From Eledone cirrhosa (Eukaryota), in NCBI GenBank assembly GCA_964016885.1, contig OZ024741.1, forward strand, positions 179,986,001 to 180,050,000: a stretch of 64,000 nucleotides of DNA, written 5' to 3'. How positions within the stretch are numbered: position 1 is the first letter of the stretch; the number at the start of each line of letters is the position of its first letter. Below the pieces are notes generated by a model. It searched no databases. It saw only the letters and a program-made list of their open reading frames with translations, and was not told where the DNA came from. The position numbers and the translations under genes were made by a program. This document shows, one piece after another, positions 20,299-32,499 of this stretch.

Positions 20299-20670
20299 GT
20301 GTGTGTGCGTGCGTCCGTGCGTGTGTGTGTGTATCTTAGTCTTAGTTTCAACCCCGCCGTTCGGTGCATCAAGCAGTAAGTCCTCGCCAACGGTCACGAT
20401 CAGCGGTGCCTTTTTCCTGTCCGTGCCAAGTGATGTTGGCTGCCATAAGGTCTTTTCGGAAGGTTCGTCGTCAGGTGATCCTGGGGCAAGCCCACCCCCG
20501 TTTGCCGCCAGGTGGAGTCCATTCATTGTTGTTTTCGATTGTCATTGGTCGGGTAGGCACCGAATATGGCCAGCCAGGCGGCACCGGCGCTCCACGACCA
20601 TCCTCTGTAGTGTCCACGACTCGGTTCTCCGCAGGATTTCCTCGTGTCGAACTCGAATTGAAAGTGACAA
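20095..20670 (-). mobile_element. 3' fragment of an RTE LINE with a triplicated terminus
   Basis: The minus strand gives [11 protein letters not shown]...RRCRLAGHI...TPPGGKR...PRIT*RRTF...DRDRWR. The terminal ATCTTAGTCTTAGTTTC..CCCCGCCG occurs at 20095, 20211 and 20333. Confidence 0.75.
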
Positions 20671-20679
20671 TATATATAC

Positions 20680-20770
<91 letters not shown>

Positions 20771-20773
<3 letters not shown>

Positions 20774-21245
20774 GATAACAAAATATCGTTATAGGTAATC
20801 CAGGTAGAGGTTGTGAATACTTCGTATTGTGGATAGTTTTAGCGTACGGCGTTGTTTGACTCAACAAGAGGTTTCCGGAGGTGGCGTGTTTATGAGTTCT
20901 CTTGCATTCCTATGTAAATTTATCTTGGAGTAATAATATTGAAAGAGTGAAGAATAACATGATCAGCAGTACAAAAGAGGGTTTTATTTACAGTCTTAAC
21001 AATTGTTTCACTGATTAAGTTGTCTAAAAATTGCTGAACACTTGAAGCTGTGCCACTCAATTTTAAATACGTTGTTAGCTTAACCAGATCATCAGAAGAA
21101 CTGTTAAAAATATGCTCAGTGTCTACAATTCAAATTACAACATCATTAATAAAGAAAGAGAGAGAGAAAAAAAAGAAAAAGATACAGAGAAAAAAGACAG
21201 AAAGAAAAATAAAGAGAAAAGGATGAAGAAAAAATAAAAAGATCA

Positions 21246-21276
<31 letters not shown>

Positions 21277-21622
21277 TAAAAATAAAAATAAAAATAAAAA
21301 TAAAAATAAAAATAAAAATAAAAATAAAAATAAAAAGAAAAAGAAAATGAAAAAGAAAAAGAAAAAGAAAAAGAAAAAGAAAGCAAAAAGAAAAAGAAAA
21401 AAGAAAAAGAAAAAGAAAAAGACAAATAAAGAGAAAAAACAATGACAACAACAATAAATGAATAAATGCTAATAAACAAGTTAATTCGAGGATAATAAAA
21501 AACAATACAAAATATGATAAAAATAAATAAAAAATGTTTAGACAATCAATGAAACAATTGTTAAGACTGTAAATAAAACCCTTTTTTGTACTGTTGACCA
21601 TGTTATTCTTCACTCTTTCAAT
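20771..21622 (-). mobile_element. Penelope-like pLTR remnant with a hammerhead and an inverted partial copy
   Basis: About 20937-21030 is the reverse complement of about 21537-21622. A hammerhead lies at 20990-21104, (AAAAT)n/(AAAAAG)n tracts lie between the arms, and (TA)n flanks both sides. Confidence 0.6.
20990..21104 (-). ncRNA. Minimal type I hammerhead ribozyme with an intact core
   Basis: The minus strand reads ACAGTTCTT-CTGATGA-t-CTGGTTAAG...CTTAATCAG-t-GAAA-CAATTG-T-T-AAGACTGT. It has stem I (8 bp, one bulge), a long stem II, a palindromic stem III and a GUU cleavage triplet. Confidence 0.75.
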
Positions 21623-22469
21623 ATATATATATATATAGTTGAAAATGAACAAACAAAACAGGAGGCAATTGTAATTACCAACGCTCCATCAGTTCTGCCA
21701 AATCGACTGGCTAATCTATAGATTCTATTATATATTGCTTTTGGACCGTAAGTTTCAGTCAATCTATAGACATTAGTTTATAGATTAAATATAGCTTTTA
21801 TACATAGCTAAACTATAGTTTTCAGCCAGTCTCTGATAACTAAATCGAACAACTAAAACATCGTCAAAACCGACGGAGATACATTTATTTTGTTTTTATA
21901 TTGAGCTAGGAAGGATTCGAGTGCAGTTAGACTTAAATGACATTTGAACCACGTAATAATTACGATATAAATTCCAGCACTCTGACCACTGTGTCAAGTT
22001 CTTCTCAGTTCGTGGCAGAGTTAAATATTATCTACCCCATCAACGAAGCAATGATTATTTATATCACATAAATGTAATAATATCTACTATCAATTGCAAT
22101 CAGATATAATCAGTAATATCCATTAACGAATGAATAACGGTATGGGATTCAGTGGAATATCTCTCAGAGATATCTGTCTGGTTTGTTTTGGGGCTTAACA
22201 CGATAATTTAAGTGGATCGAGTATAAAATCGTGCTTTGACTGCCAAACATGGAGTTATACATTCATTTAATTATGGTTGATAAATCAGCCAAGATCAGTT
22301 CTAAGGACTCTTGCCGTGGATGAACATAGTTAAACAACTGGGGGCCAAAACAGGATGTGTGACGTAAGAGATCAGATAGATATATCTTCTTAATGGTTTC
22401 GACATAGGAGCTAGATCCTACTCCCCCGCCCCCACCACCACCACCACCCACGGTTATTACAGTTCAAAG

Positions 22470-23219
22470 CCAGTGGATTGGCAACGTCGTTAGGGATCGG
22501 AAAAATTCTCAGCAGTATTTGTTCCGGGTTTTTACTTTCTGAGTTCAAATCCCGCTGGGATCAACTTTAACCTTCATTCATCCGAGGTTGATAATATAAG
22601 AAGCAGTCAAGCACTGAGGACAATATAATACACTGTCTCTTCTTCCTAAAATGTCTGGCCTTGTCTCTAAATTAGAAATCAAATCGGTAGAGCGTCGGAC
22701 ACCATGCTTTGAGGCATAGAGTTATGGCCCATTACGTTCTGAGTTCCCATCCCACCGAGTTTAGCTTTGCCTGCCATCCTTATGGGGGTCGAAATAAAGC
22801 ACCAGTACGTATTTAAGGCCCCACTCGGTCATGAATGACCATTGTTTTGCACCTAGAAAGTGCCCCTTCGAGGCAGAAGTCCAGGCAAGGTTTGTTTTGT
22901 GGAAGACCAGTAGTCACCTATGCAAACCGGTCTCCCCTCTCTACGCCACCGATGATGTCCAAGGGAAAGGCAATGACCGATACAGCTTGGCACCAGTGAC
23001 GTCACAAATCATTTCTAATGCTGAGTAAATTGGAGCGACGTGAAATAAAGTGTCTTGCTTAAGGACACAACGCATCACCCGGTCCAAGAATCGAACTCAC
23101 AACCGCTCAATTGCAAGCCCAATGCTCTAACCACAAAGCCATGCTTAGTCGATTCAATCAACTTTCTCCTCCCCTTCAAATTGTTGGGCTTGTACCTAAA
23201 GTAGAAACAATTATTATTA
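22470..23219. mobile_element. Nested SINE cluster: two + strand Meta-like SINEs, the second interrupted by a - strand SINE of another family
   Basis: CTGAGTTCAAATCCCG...TTCATCC...GATAA motifs at about 22540 and 22740; a reverse tRNA head GAATCGAACTCAC at about 23090; a SINE tail GTAGAAACAATTATTATT at 23201-23218. Confidence 0.7.
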
Positions 23220-23221
23220 AC

Positions 23222-23548
23222 ATTCAGTAGTCCTTTTTTATTCCGCGTTTTAACTGCATTATTGAGCACAGATTTGTGTGTCTTGGCTATGTGCAATGTT
23301 GTGGTTTGATGTTGTTTCTATTGTATTGAAAGTAGATAAAATGTTCACAGTACCCAGTAGCGATAACTTCTGTATGTTTCATATATTTGTAAGTCTTGGA
23401 GTTTGGTTTTTGGTTTTTACCATTCCCAGAGCACCTATTATAGGAATTGCATGCTTACATCCTTCACATTCGGCTTATCTCTATTTACAGATCTTTATAT
23501 TTGGATAATATCTCCATTCCTGTGAGAGATATACGGTCATCTGTTGAG
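23222..23548 (-). mobile_element. 3' fragment of an R4/Dong LINE (RLE C-terminus plus 3' UTR)
   Basis: The minus strand gives LSKYKDL*IEISRM...IPIIGALGMVK...IQKLSLLGT, homologous to the end of ORF 47441..48397. It ends next to (TAA)n. Confidence 0.7.
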
Positions 23549-23554
23549 ATTGGC

Positions 23555-23780
23555 ACAATAAAATAAAGTACCAGTTATGTACTACAATCGATTTAATCGA
23601 CATCCCCTTCCCCTCACAAAATAATTGCAGGCGTTGTGTCTAAATTAGAAACGCCCCTTTCCACTCTGAGTTCAAATCCCGCCGAGGTTAACTTTGCCTT
23701 TCATCCTTACAGGGTCGATAAAATAAAGCACTGGGGAATTGCTGGCCTTGTGCCAAATGTAGAAACAATTATTATTATTG
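23555..23780 (+). mobile_element. Partial tandem SINE copies
   Basis: AATAAAGTACCAG...AATCGAC, then CTGAGTTCAAATCCCGCCGAGGTTAACTTTGCCTTTCATCCTTAC...GTAGAAACAATTATTATT. Confidence 0.8.
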
Positions 23781-24389
23781 TTGATGTTACTGCTATTGTT
23801 ACTGCTGTTGTTGGTGGTAATGCTGTTGTTGCTACTGCTATTGTTATTGCTGTTGTTGTTGTTGTTGTTGTTGGTGATGCTGTTGTTGCCATTATTGTTA
23901 CTGCTGTTTCTGTTGCTATAGTTATTGCTGTTGTTGTTTGTGCTAGATGATTAACAGATATTTTCTTCCAAAATTACGTGAAAAGAAAATTATTTGTTTC
24001 GGAATATTTGCACGTCCACCACATTATACGGGAGAGGGTAAAGAAAATTCTTCATTGAACATTTTTATTATGTATACATACTTCTGCAAATATCCATTTT
24101 GCTTTGCATATTAGAGGTTCAATAATACAGGTTTTAGACACAGGTGGTAGCAGCGAAAATGCTTCCATCCCGCCCAAATGTTTGGAAACATAAAAATAGA
24201 TTTTATAATGTCAAATAACTCAACTATTATGTATAGCAATCGACTGTTACTACAAGTATTTTCAGCCTTTAGAACTCAAATTTTCAATTTTTTAAACTTC
24301 AAAAGCAAATAGTTATAAAGTCAGGCAGTTACAATTACTCAAGCATAAACGAACACAAACCTAAATGACAATAACAATGGTATCATTAA

Positions 24390-24608
24390 TAGTTTCTTAT
24401 ATAGGCACAAGGGCAGCAATTTTGGGGGAGGAGAAAGTCGATTAAATCGACCCCAGTGCGTGACTGGTACTTTATTTTATCGACCCCGTAAGGATGAAAA
24501 GCAAAGTTAACCTAGGCGGGATTTGAACTCAGATCATAAAGGGCCGTAACTCTATGCTGCAAAGCATGGCGTCTGACACTCTACCGATACTGCCAATCCA
24601 CCACCCTA
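24390..24608 (-). mobile_element. Full-length tRNA-derived SINE (long variant)
   Basis: A/B-box head, Meta-like central domain and an internal GGGGTCGATTTAATCGAC segment. Confidence 0.85.
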
Positions 24609-25200
24609 ATGGTATCGTTAATAACAACAGCCATTCATATTTTTCTATCGTTGCGAACCAAAGAGAAATATTAAACATCAATCAACTCCTAATGAGACAG
24701 TTTAGAAGGAGTGTATCTCAAATGAGAATGCCTTTTCACCTGGGATTGTAATGTAGAATGTAAAAGGACGTAACAAAATACTGAAAATGATTTAACTCGA
24801 TGGTTCTAGTTCTGTTTCTCGCACTCGCCATCTTCAAAATGTCGGAAATTCCAGGGCATAGGGATAGCGGAATAGTTAGATGCCTTTCGCTGTCTTTGCG
24901 TCCGTTTCTTCGCGTTCTGAGTCCAAATACCACACAAAAGATCTATATCTCACCGATGACCATATCATCGTTTTTCCTTCACTTAAAGAGAGAGAGAGAG
25001 AGATGGAGGAGAATGAGTGAGATAGAGAGATAGAGAGAGAGTGAAATAGAGAGATCGAGAGAGAGAAAGTGAGTGACAGAGAGAGAGAGAGAGTTAGTGG
25101 GAGAGAGGGGGGGAGAGAGAGAGAGAAAACGAGATACATAGAGAGAGAGAGGGGCAGAGAGGGAGAGAAAAAGAAAAAGATATATATATAGAGAGAGACT

Positions 25201-25265
<65 letters not shown>

Positions 25266-25274
25266 TGAGTGAGT

Positions 25275-25308
<34 letters not shown>

Positions 25309-25779
25309 AGGACACACGGCAGCAGTACCGGCAAGTACACAGTTTTGGCGCTTTGAAGACTAACCACTGGATGTATGAAACTCTCGGTTCTCTTTCTTCA
25401 CACCTATCAAACTCACTAGCGAACGTTTGCCGGGGCTTCGTTAACAACAAGGAAATACCGACGACAACTAATGGAATGTAACAGAATCAAAGCTATTTAT
25501 TGGAAACATCAACAATATGTATGTGTATGAGTTGGTTACTGAGTGAGTGTGTGTGAGAGTATGTTTCTATTCAGTTAGCCGATTAAGTAAATATGAAAAC
25601 AAGAGAAAGCAAAGGATTAAAATAACTATACTATTGTATTATATGTATTATTAATTAATGATTTGCAATACAGAGACAATACTACATAAGTATTAATAAG
25701 TTATGAGGTGATGAAAGGCGCCATTATTAATAGCGCAACGGTACTAGATTCTATATACAACACCTAACGAAGACATGTG

Positions 25780-25908
25780 ACATACATATATACATACACA
25801 TACATACATACATACACATATACATACATACATTCAGACATTCAGACATACATACATACATACATACATACATACACATATACATACATACATTCAGACA
25901 TTCAGACA

Positions 25909-25942
<34 letters not shown>

Positions 25943-26400
25943 CATATATACATACATTCAGACATTCAGACATACATACATACATACATACACATATACA
26001 TACATACATTCAGACATTCAGACATACATACATACATATATACATACATACATACATTCAGACATTCAGACATACATACATACATACATATATACATATA
26101 TACATACATTCAGACATTCAGACATACATACATACATACATATATACATATATACAGTCATACGTACGTACGTACGTACATACATACGTACATACAGACA
26201 TACATACACAGAGGCATACATATGTACATATATCATATATACATCATACATACATACTTACATACATACGTATATACACACATACATACGTACATACATG
26301 CATATATACATATATACATACACCCATGAAAGCATGCATACATACATACATCATACATACATCATGCATACATACATTCATCATACATACATCCATACAT
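25780..26400. repeat. (CATA)n microsatellite with a CATTCAGACATTCAGA higher-order unit
   Basis: The motif recurs at about 50-65 bp spacing; it is probably an expanded tail of the adjacent RTE-derived element. Confidence 0.85.
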
Positions 26401-27017
26401 GATGGCTGCTCCCTCGTTATCGAGTATGTCCATTGCACGATATACCATTATTAATTAATTCTATCGTGCAATGCCTGTGCGTGAAGATATTTTTTAAAGA
26501 GAAGAAAGACTGTGCACTGAGCCAATCCCACTGTCTGAGCGACAGAAGCTATAACCCGAAAAGAAGAAAAGATCAACATCATCGGTAACTACTGAGCCGC
26601 AGGTTTTATATCGGAGTTATCCCAGTTTCCTGAGTTGCCTTCTCCTAGAAGAATGCCCTGACAAAGACTAGGGGTCCTTCACTCCCAGTGGTTTAACCGC
26701 GCGATCGGGTGTCCAGCCCGACTGTTTCTATGTCCCCGCGCATATACATACACATGCACCCATGTATATACACATATACATATACATACATATGTACATG
26801 TGTATATACATATTTACACACTTTTGGATGGCCGTTGACTCTTATGAGTTCTTCCGCTCTTTGTCAAGTTTTGTTTTTTTGTCCTGCAAGGTATCAAAAA
26901 TCCTCCTCCTCACCAAGTAAACTTGGTAGGGTTGCCGGTTTAGTCGCCAACGACCCGACCATGCGACAGGTTGTACTGGGTTACATGTTACCAGTAGCAC
27001 TCAAGAGTGACCCGGCA
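26401..27017 (-). mobile_element. Non-autonomous bipartite RTE-derived element (5' UTR plus 3' terminal stem-loop)
   Basis: Carries an RTE 5' UTR-type motif, CTAGGAGAAGGCAACTC...GATATAAAACC. Its 3' end TGCAATGGACATACTCGATAACGAGGGAGCAGCCAT is nearly identical to that of the adjacent LINE (27028-27063). It has an (ATGT)n tail and no ORF. Confidence 0.7.
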
Positions 27018-27027
27018 TACATACATA

Positions 27028-29233
27028 ATGGCTGCCCCCTCGTTATCGAGTATGGCCATTGCATGAGAAAAGAAAAATATATATATATATATATTAATAA
27101 CAATAATAATAATAATAATAATAATAACAACACTAATAATAACGACAACAACAGCAATAATAATATACATATATATATATATACACACACACGCACACAC
27201 ATAAACATATCTATACACACACACACGCGATAGCAATTAACAGCGCTGCGATCGAATGTGGATTTTTAGCCCAGCCAAATTTTTAGCCCATCTAAAATGT
27301 CTTGCACAGAGTCGGCAACCAAAACATTCACTGGGAATAGTCGGCTGTGGTTGGAGTTCATGTACTTTTGCATGACGCTTGAGCCCTCCTGCTGATTTAC
27401 ATTCTCTACCACATGCTTGGCAAGCATGATGAGTAGCATCTCCAACAGCAGCCTGGTAGTCAACCACTGGTCTTACTTTATGACTGCGAAGATGAATTTC
27501 GAGTCCAGCTTTGCTTAGGCAGAGTCTCGCACAGACGCTGCATGTCAGCACCATAGGAGGAGCCTCGCCGTCTGGAAGTGCAACAGCAATGCCATTCATC
27601 ACATCCCGCTTTACTTTCTCGTATGCGATTCGAGATGCCTCAAAGGTAACTTTTCCCTCATAGACAGTCTTTCTCCATTTATTACGATCAGCAGCAATAT
27701 TTTCCCATGTATCAGCAGAGATGTTAGCGTCTTTCAAAGAGGCTTTCAAGGAATCCTTATATCTCTTTTTTGGTTTATGTGGCGGTCGTTTTCCTTTAAC
27801 TAACTCTCCATAAAAGAGTTGTTTTGGTATTCTAGAATCCTTCATCCTGGCAAGGTGACCACTCCAACGGAGTCGTTGCTTAAGCACAAGAGCTTCTATA
27901 CTGTCACACATAGAGCTTTCCAAAATCCCGACATCACTGATGTGGTCCCTCCAGTGAACGCCATGGATCCGTCTGAGACACATCTGATGGAAACGCTCCA
28001 ATTGCTTAAGGTGGTGTCGATATGTGACCCAGGTCTCACAGGCATAAAGAAGAGAAGAGGGCACACATGCCTTGTACACATTTACGTTTGTCTTCTTGTA
28101 TATGTCTCGCCGACCCCAGAGTCGCCTTTCTAGCTTTCCGAAAGCATCCCTTGCTTTCTAATCCTAAGTGAGATTTCACTATCAAGGTTGCTATATCGAT
28201 TGACAGTGCTTCCTAGGTAGACAAACTGATCAGCCACTCCAAGTCGTTTACCATACACATAGATATTTGGTTCACTGTACTGCTTACCAGGGGCAGGTTG
28301 GTACATGACGACGGTTTTCTTGAGACTGACAGTCAATCCTAGGGCAGTGCAAGCGTCAGAAAATGCATTCAAAATGTGCTGCATATCACTCTCTGTGTGC
28401 GCTACAAGATGGCAATCATCTGCATACAAGAGGTCTCTTATGATTGATGTAAATACTTTTGTCTTTGCAGCAAAGCGCCTGATGTTAAATATGCAGCCTG
28501 AGGTTCGATATCGGATGTAAACACCATGCTCGCAATTCCTGAATGCAATACAGAAAACCATTGCAAAGTATATGGCAAACAGGGTCGGTGCTGGAATATC
28601 CCCCTGTTTCACTCCATTTTTTACTGAGATAGGCTCCGACATGTTACCTCCGACATTAACACAATCTTTCATGTCGTCATGGAAAGACCTAACTAAAGCA
28701 AGGAACTTATCAGGGCAACCAAGTTTATGGAGAACCTTCCATAATGCATTTGTCAGATTGACAAAAACCTGATACAGATCCAAACCTTGTTCCATGCACT
28801 TCTTCTGGAGCTGTCTAGCTGAGAAGATCATATCAGTAGTGCCGCGTCCAGCACGAAAACCAGATTGACTTTCAGGAAGAACACAATTTGCAATGTGTGT
28901 CAGCATACGGTCCAGAAGCACCCTGCATAAAACTTTCCCTACGACAGAAAGCAATGATATACCTCTGTAGTTCCCACAATCATTCATGTTACCCTTTCCC
29001 TTGTACAAGACCACCATTACTGCATCTCTCCAGTCCTCAGGTACGGATTCATTAGCCCATATCCTGCCAAACAAAGAGTGAAGATGTTGCAGGAGTCTCT
29101 CACCACCATATTGTAGGAGCTCATCATGTATGCCATCCATACCTGGAGACCTTCCACTGTTCAGCTTCGAGATAGCCACTGCAACCTCCACAAGCGTCGG
29201 AGGTTCTGCGAGAGCTACTTTCACAGGACTTTC
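27028..29233 (-). mobile_element. 5'-truncated RTE-clade LINE
   Basis: RT motifs NYRGISLL, PESQSGFR, GVKQGD, LLYADD and FVYLGS; C-terminus LRWSGH...PKQLFYGEL...PKKRYKD with zinc fingers; 3' UTR and (ATGT)n at both junctions. Confidence 0.95.
27237..29233 (-). pseudogene. Disrupted RTE reverse transcriptase ORF with three C-terminal C2H2-like fingers
   Basis: Formed by ORF 28130..29464 (only from 29233 is genuine) plus ORF 27237..28079. There is a frameshift near 28130 and a deletion of KAFDTV in the RT. Confidence 0.9.
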
Positions 29234-29484
29234 TACATACATACATACATACATACATACATACATACATACATACATACATACATACATACATACATAC
29301 ATCATTATATGCCTTCTCAGAATGAGAACAAACCCGTTAAATTTGACATCATACATTATCAAAAAATATGGTATCCCGAATAGTGATAACTTGCTTGTCC
29401 TGATCTTTGTCGTCATACTAAACGCATCACTAAATCTGCTCTCAAAACATGAATTCAAAAACACATCTTACTTTTGTTTGTAGG

Positions 29485-29835
29485 CGACCCGAAGCTGTCT
29501 GTGTCAAATATTATGTGGCCCTCCGTCAGTTACGACGACAAGTGTTACATTTGATTCGATCAATGGAACAACCTGCCCGTGAAATTAACGTGCAAATGGC
29601 TGAGCATTTCACAGACAAGCGTTCACTTAACGTAGTTCTCAGGGAAATTCAGCGTGACACAGAATGTGACAAGGCTGGTCATTCGAGCATCAGGTACGAC
29701 TTATTTTTTTGCCATCTGAGTGTACTGGAGCAACTTGAAATAAAGTGTAATGCTTAAGAACACAACGCGCCGCCGGGATTCGAACTCACAACTTTACGAT
29801 TGTAAGCCGAATACTTTAACCACAAAGCCATGCGC
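29485..29835 (-). mobile_element. tRNA-derived SINE (second family)
   Basis: Minus-strand head GCGCATGGCTTTGTGGTTAAAG...GAGTTCGAATCCC (A and B boxes), followed by GTTGTGTTCTTAAGCATTACACTTTA. Confidence 0.75.
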
Positions 29836-30362
29836 GTCAAATATTAACCAACCAAAAAGTTATTAGATCTGATTATCCAATATTCCCACAAACATTGTAG
29901 TGAATTTTGATGAATACAAGCGTGTATTTATGGGAGAAAGAAGCGGGAATGTTCGTGCTTTGTGAAAAAAACACTAAACAAAAAACACGAACGCTGTAAC
30001 CACCATACAATTTATACAAACAAGCGAGAAGTACAAATGTATTTTAGTATCTTAGGCAAGATGAGAAATCCAGGCATAGTGGACCTATTAACAAGGAGAT
30101 ACCAAGAAATGAATACCTGAAAAAATGAATATCTGAAGAACTCTCAACCCAAAGTAAGCATATCGTTCACAACCTACATTGAGCTATATGGCTCCTGACA
30201 ACAATTTCCATTTTAATAGAAACCTAAACGAACCACCTGGTTTTAAACAACTTTTCCAAAATAAACTCCAAGGGGTACGGAGTTTGATTCTTCGTAGCAA
30301 CGGCTGGCCACTATTTTCCGTCTGTACGGGTATTATATGATTTTCTAAGCTATCATTTATAG

Positions 30363-30637
30363 CAGGCATGGGCAACATTTTTCGATAAGCAGGCTACATG
30401 AGATATGGCTCATCATCAGGCGGGCGGCAAGCGCTAATTTACATTCATGCCCACATTAAAAAAAGGGCGTTAACTCGTGTTGTTTTGATTTGTTTCTTCA
30501 GAATTTGTACACTTTGTTTTCTTTGAGAGAAAGATAAATCACTGAAAAATTGGAGTAAAAAAATCAGAAAGATTTCACTTAGATGACTTAAGCGAGCCAT
30601 TCAGAAAGCTTCGCGGGCCGCAGGTTGCCCATGACTG
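30363..30637. mobile_element. hAT (Buster/Charlie-type) MITE
   Basis: TIRs CAGGCATGGGCAAC and GTTGCCCATGACTG; perfect 8-bp TSD ATTTATAG at 30355-30362 and 30638-30645 with a central TA. Confidence 0.9.
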
Positions 30638-30977
30638 ATTTATAGTAATCGACTATAAAACAGTTGTTTTCTGCTTTGGGGAATAGTTGGTATGCGATAA
30701 TCGATTACCTAGATCGATGGTTTTTCTTCGTTCTCTAGTTTATGAAACAGCTGTATGGGAAAGAAGGACTTTTCATCATCATAAAATAAGTATATTTTTT
30801 TGTATATCATTTAATTTTGTATATAAAATACTGTTTCTCAAACGATATATGCTTCCTTCCCTCTCCATATATCTTTTAAATTTTAATAATTGATGATTTG
30901 AACTAAGGTCCAATGAGCTATTTAATAAAGAAACAAAGAAATATGATTATCATACATTTAATATGTATGGATACCTT

Positions 30978-31025
<48 letters not shown>

Positions 31026-31026
<1 letters not shown>

Positions 31027-32003
31027 TAGCTGAATTACCCGGCGTTTCCCGAGTTACTGCTGTTCTTATTCAGATTAGTAAACAATAAATATGAAGATGT
31101 TTTTTTTCTCATAATTATTTCAAAATATCTATATTTTATAAAAAAAATATCAAAATTGTAATGATAATAGAATTTAGAAATGAAAATCTGTCAATCTTGA
31201 GGCACCTTAACGTAAACAATATTCATTGTGTTATTGTGTCGTTTTTTGTTGGTGTCTAAATAAATAAATTGTTGCTCACACACATTCACACACACTCTCA
31301 CATACATTCACACACACTCACATACATATACTAAGACAGACACACACAGATATACATTCACGGACACCTGTCTGTCATCATATGTGTATCTACAGATGTG
31401 AGTGTGTGTTTAATTGTCTGTGTGTGACGATAAAGTGTACGCAACTTACTAGTGTGTGTTTAATTCTCTGAGGCCTAACGTTAAAATAAAAATTATCACA
31501 CACATACTCACACACACATATACTCATACACACATACTCACACACACACAGACTCTCACATACATTCACACACTCTCATATACACTCACATACATATACT
31601 AAGACAGACACACACAGACATACATTCACACACACACCTGTCTGTCATCACATATGTATCTGTATGTGTAGATGTGTGTGTGTGTTTGTCTATATGTATG
31701 TGTATATGTGTGTGTTTAATTCTTTGAGGCCTAACGTATGTAATGAACTCACAAACACACACACACTCACAGACACATACACACTCATATACAATGTGAT
31801 GCCATCGTGGTGGTTTACTATAGTTCACTATAGAAAGGTTATTTCAGATACAATATTATATTTTTTAATCCAAATGAAAATAAAAATTACATGTTGACAC
31901 TCCCGGGTCTAATACCTTGTAAAGTTTGATTTGATTTGGTCTAGCCGTTTGAGAATGTATAGGAACAGACTGACAGAGAGACAAAGAATTATATATATAT
32001 AGA
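31026..32003 (-). mobile_element. Non-autonomous Helitron (Lep1-like architecture)
   Basis: The minus strand begins TCTATATATATA...CTGTCAGTCTGT...AAACGGCTAGACC and ends with the hairpin CTCGGGAAACGCCGGG then CTAG. It is inserted between A and T with no TSD. Confidence 0.75.
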
Positions 32004-32015
32004 TATATAGATATA

Positions 32016-32046
<31 letters not shown>

Positions 32047-32499
32047 CAGGGTCGGATTTTAAAAGGGAGTGGAAGAGGCAATGATGTGACCGCGATTTCA
32101 AATCATTTTAATAATTTCTACGCTCGTTTCAATTTTAACAAAATATAATTGCGAAAATATAATAATAATGATTTGCAGATTAATTCATTAATCTATCAAA
32201 TCAATAAAACAGTTGTAATCACATTATACAAAATCTCACGAACAAATCAATATTAGATTTTGGTAATGCATCTTCCAAAGATACCAAGCCATGATAAAAA
32301 AAAATTATAGATATTAAAAATAGACTTAAAAAACAAAGCAAATATAAAAAAAACAGTTCATTAGCTGGGCGATAGAAAAAGTTAGTTTTTTAAGCATTAG
32401 GCAATTAGCAGCAAACTTAAGATAGTTTGCGGCAACTGATTTATTTACAATAGTTTATAACTTTGCCTATTAATCCGTATGGTGAGCAAATGGGGTCCC

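Noticed and set aside
21705-21830. Short imperfect inverted repeat GACTGGCT...AGCCAGTC as a possible MITE
   Set aside because: Too short and degenerate, and no TSD is identifiable.
24736-24933. YY1-like AAGATGGCG with a possible first exon or promoter
   Set aside because: It is an isolated motif, the nearby CpG-rich sequence looks like a decayed SINE head, and the peptide is unrecognisable.
25472-25495. miR-1-like TGGAATGTAA (and miR-29-like TAGCACCATT near 16962)
   Set aside because: Only about 10 nt match and there is no precursor hairpin.
29234-29464. N-terminal extension of ORF 28130..29464
   Set aside because: Read-through across (TATG)n and unrelated flank; the RTE is truncated at 29233.
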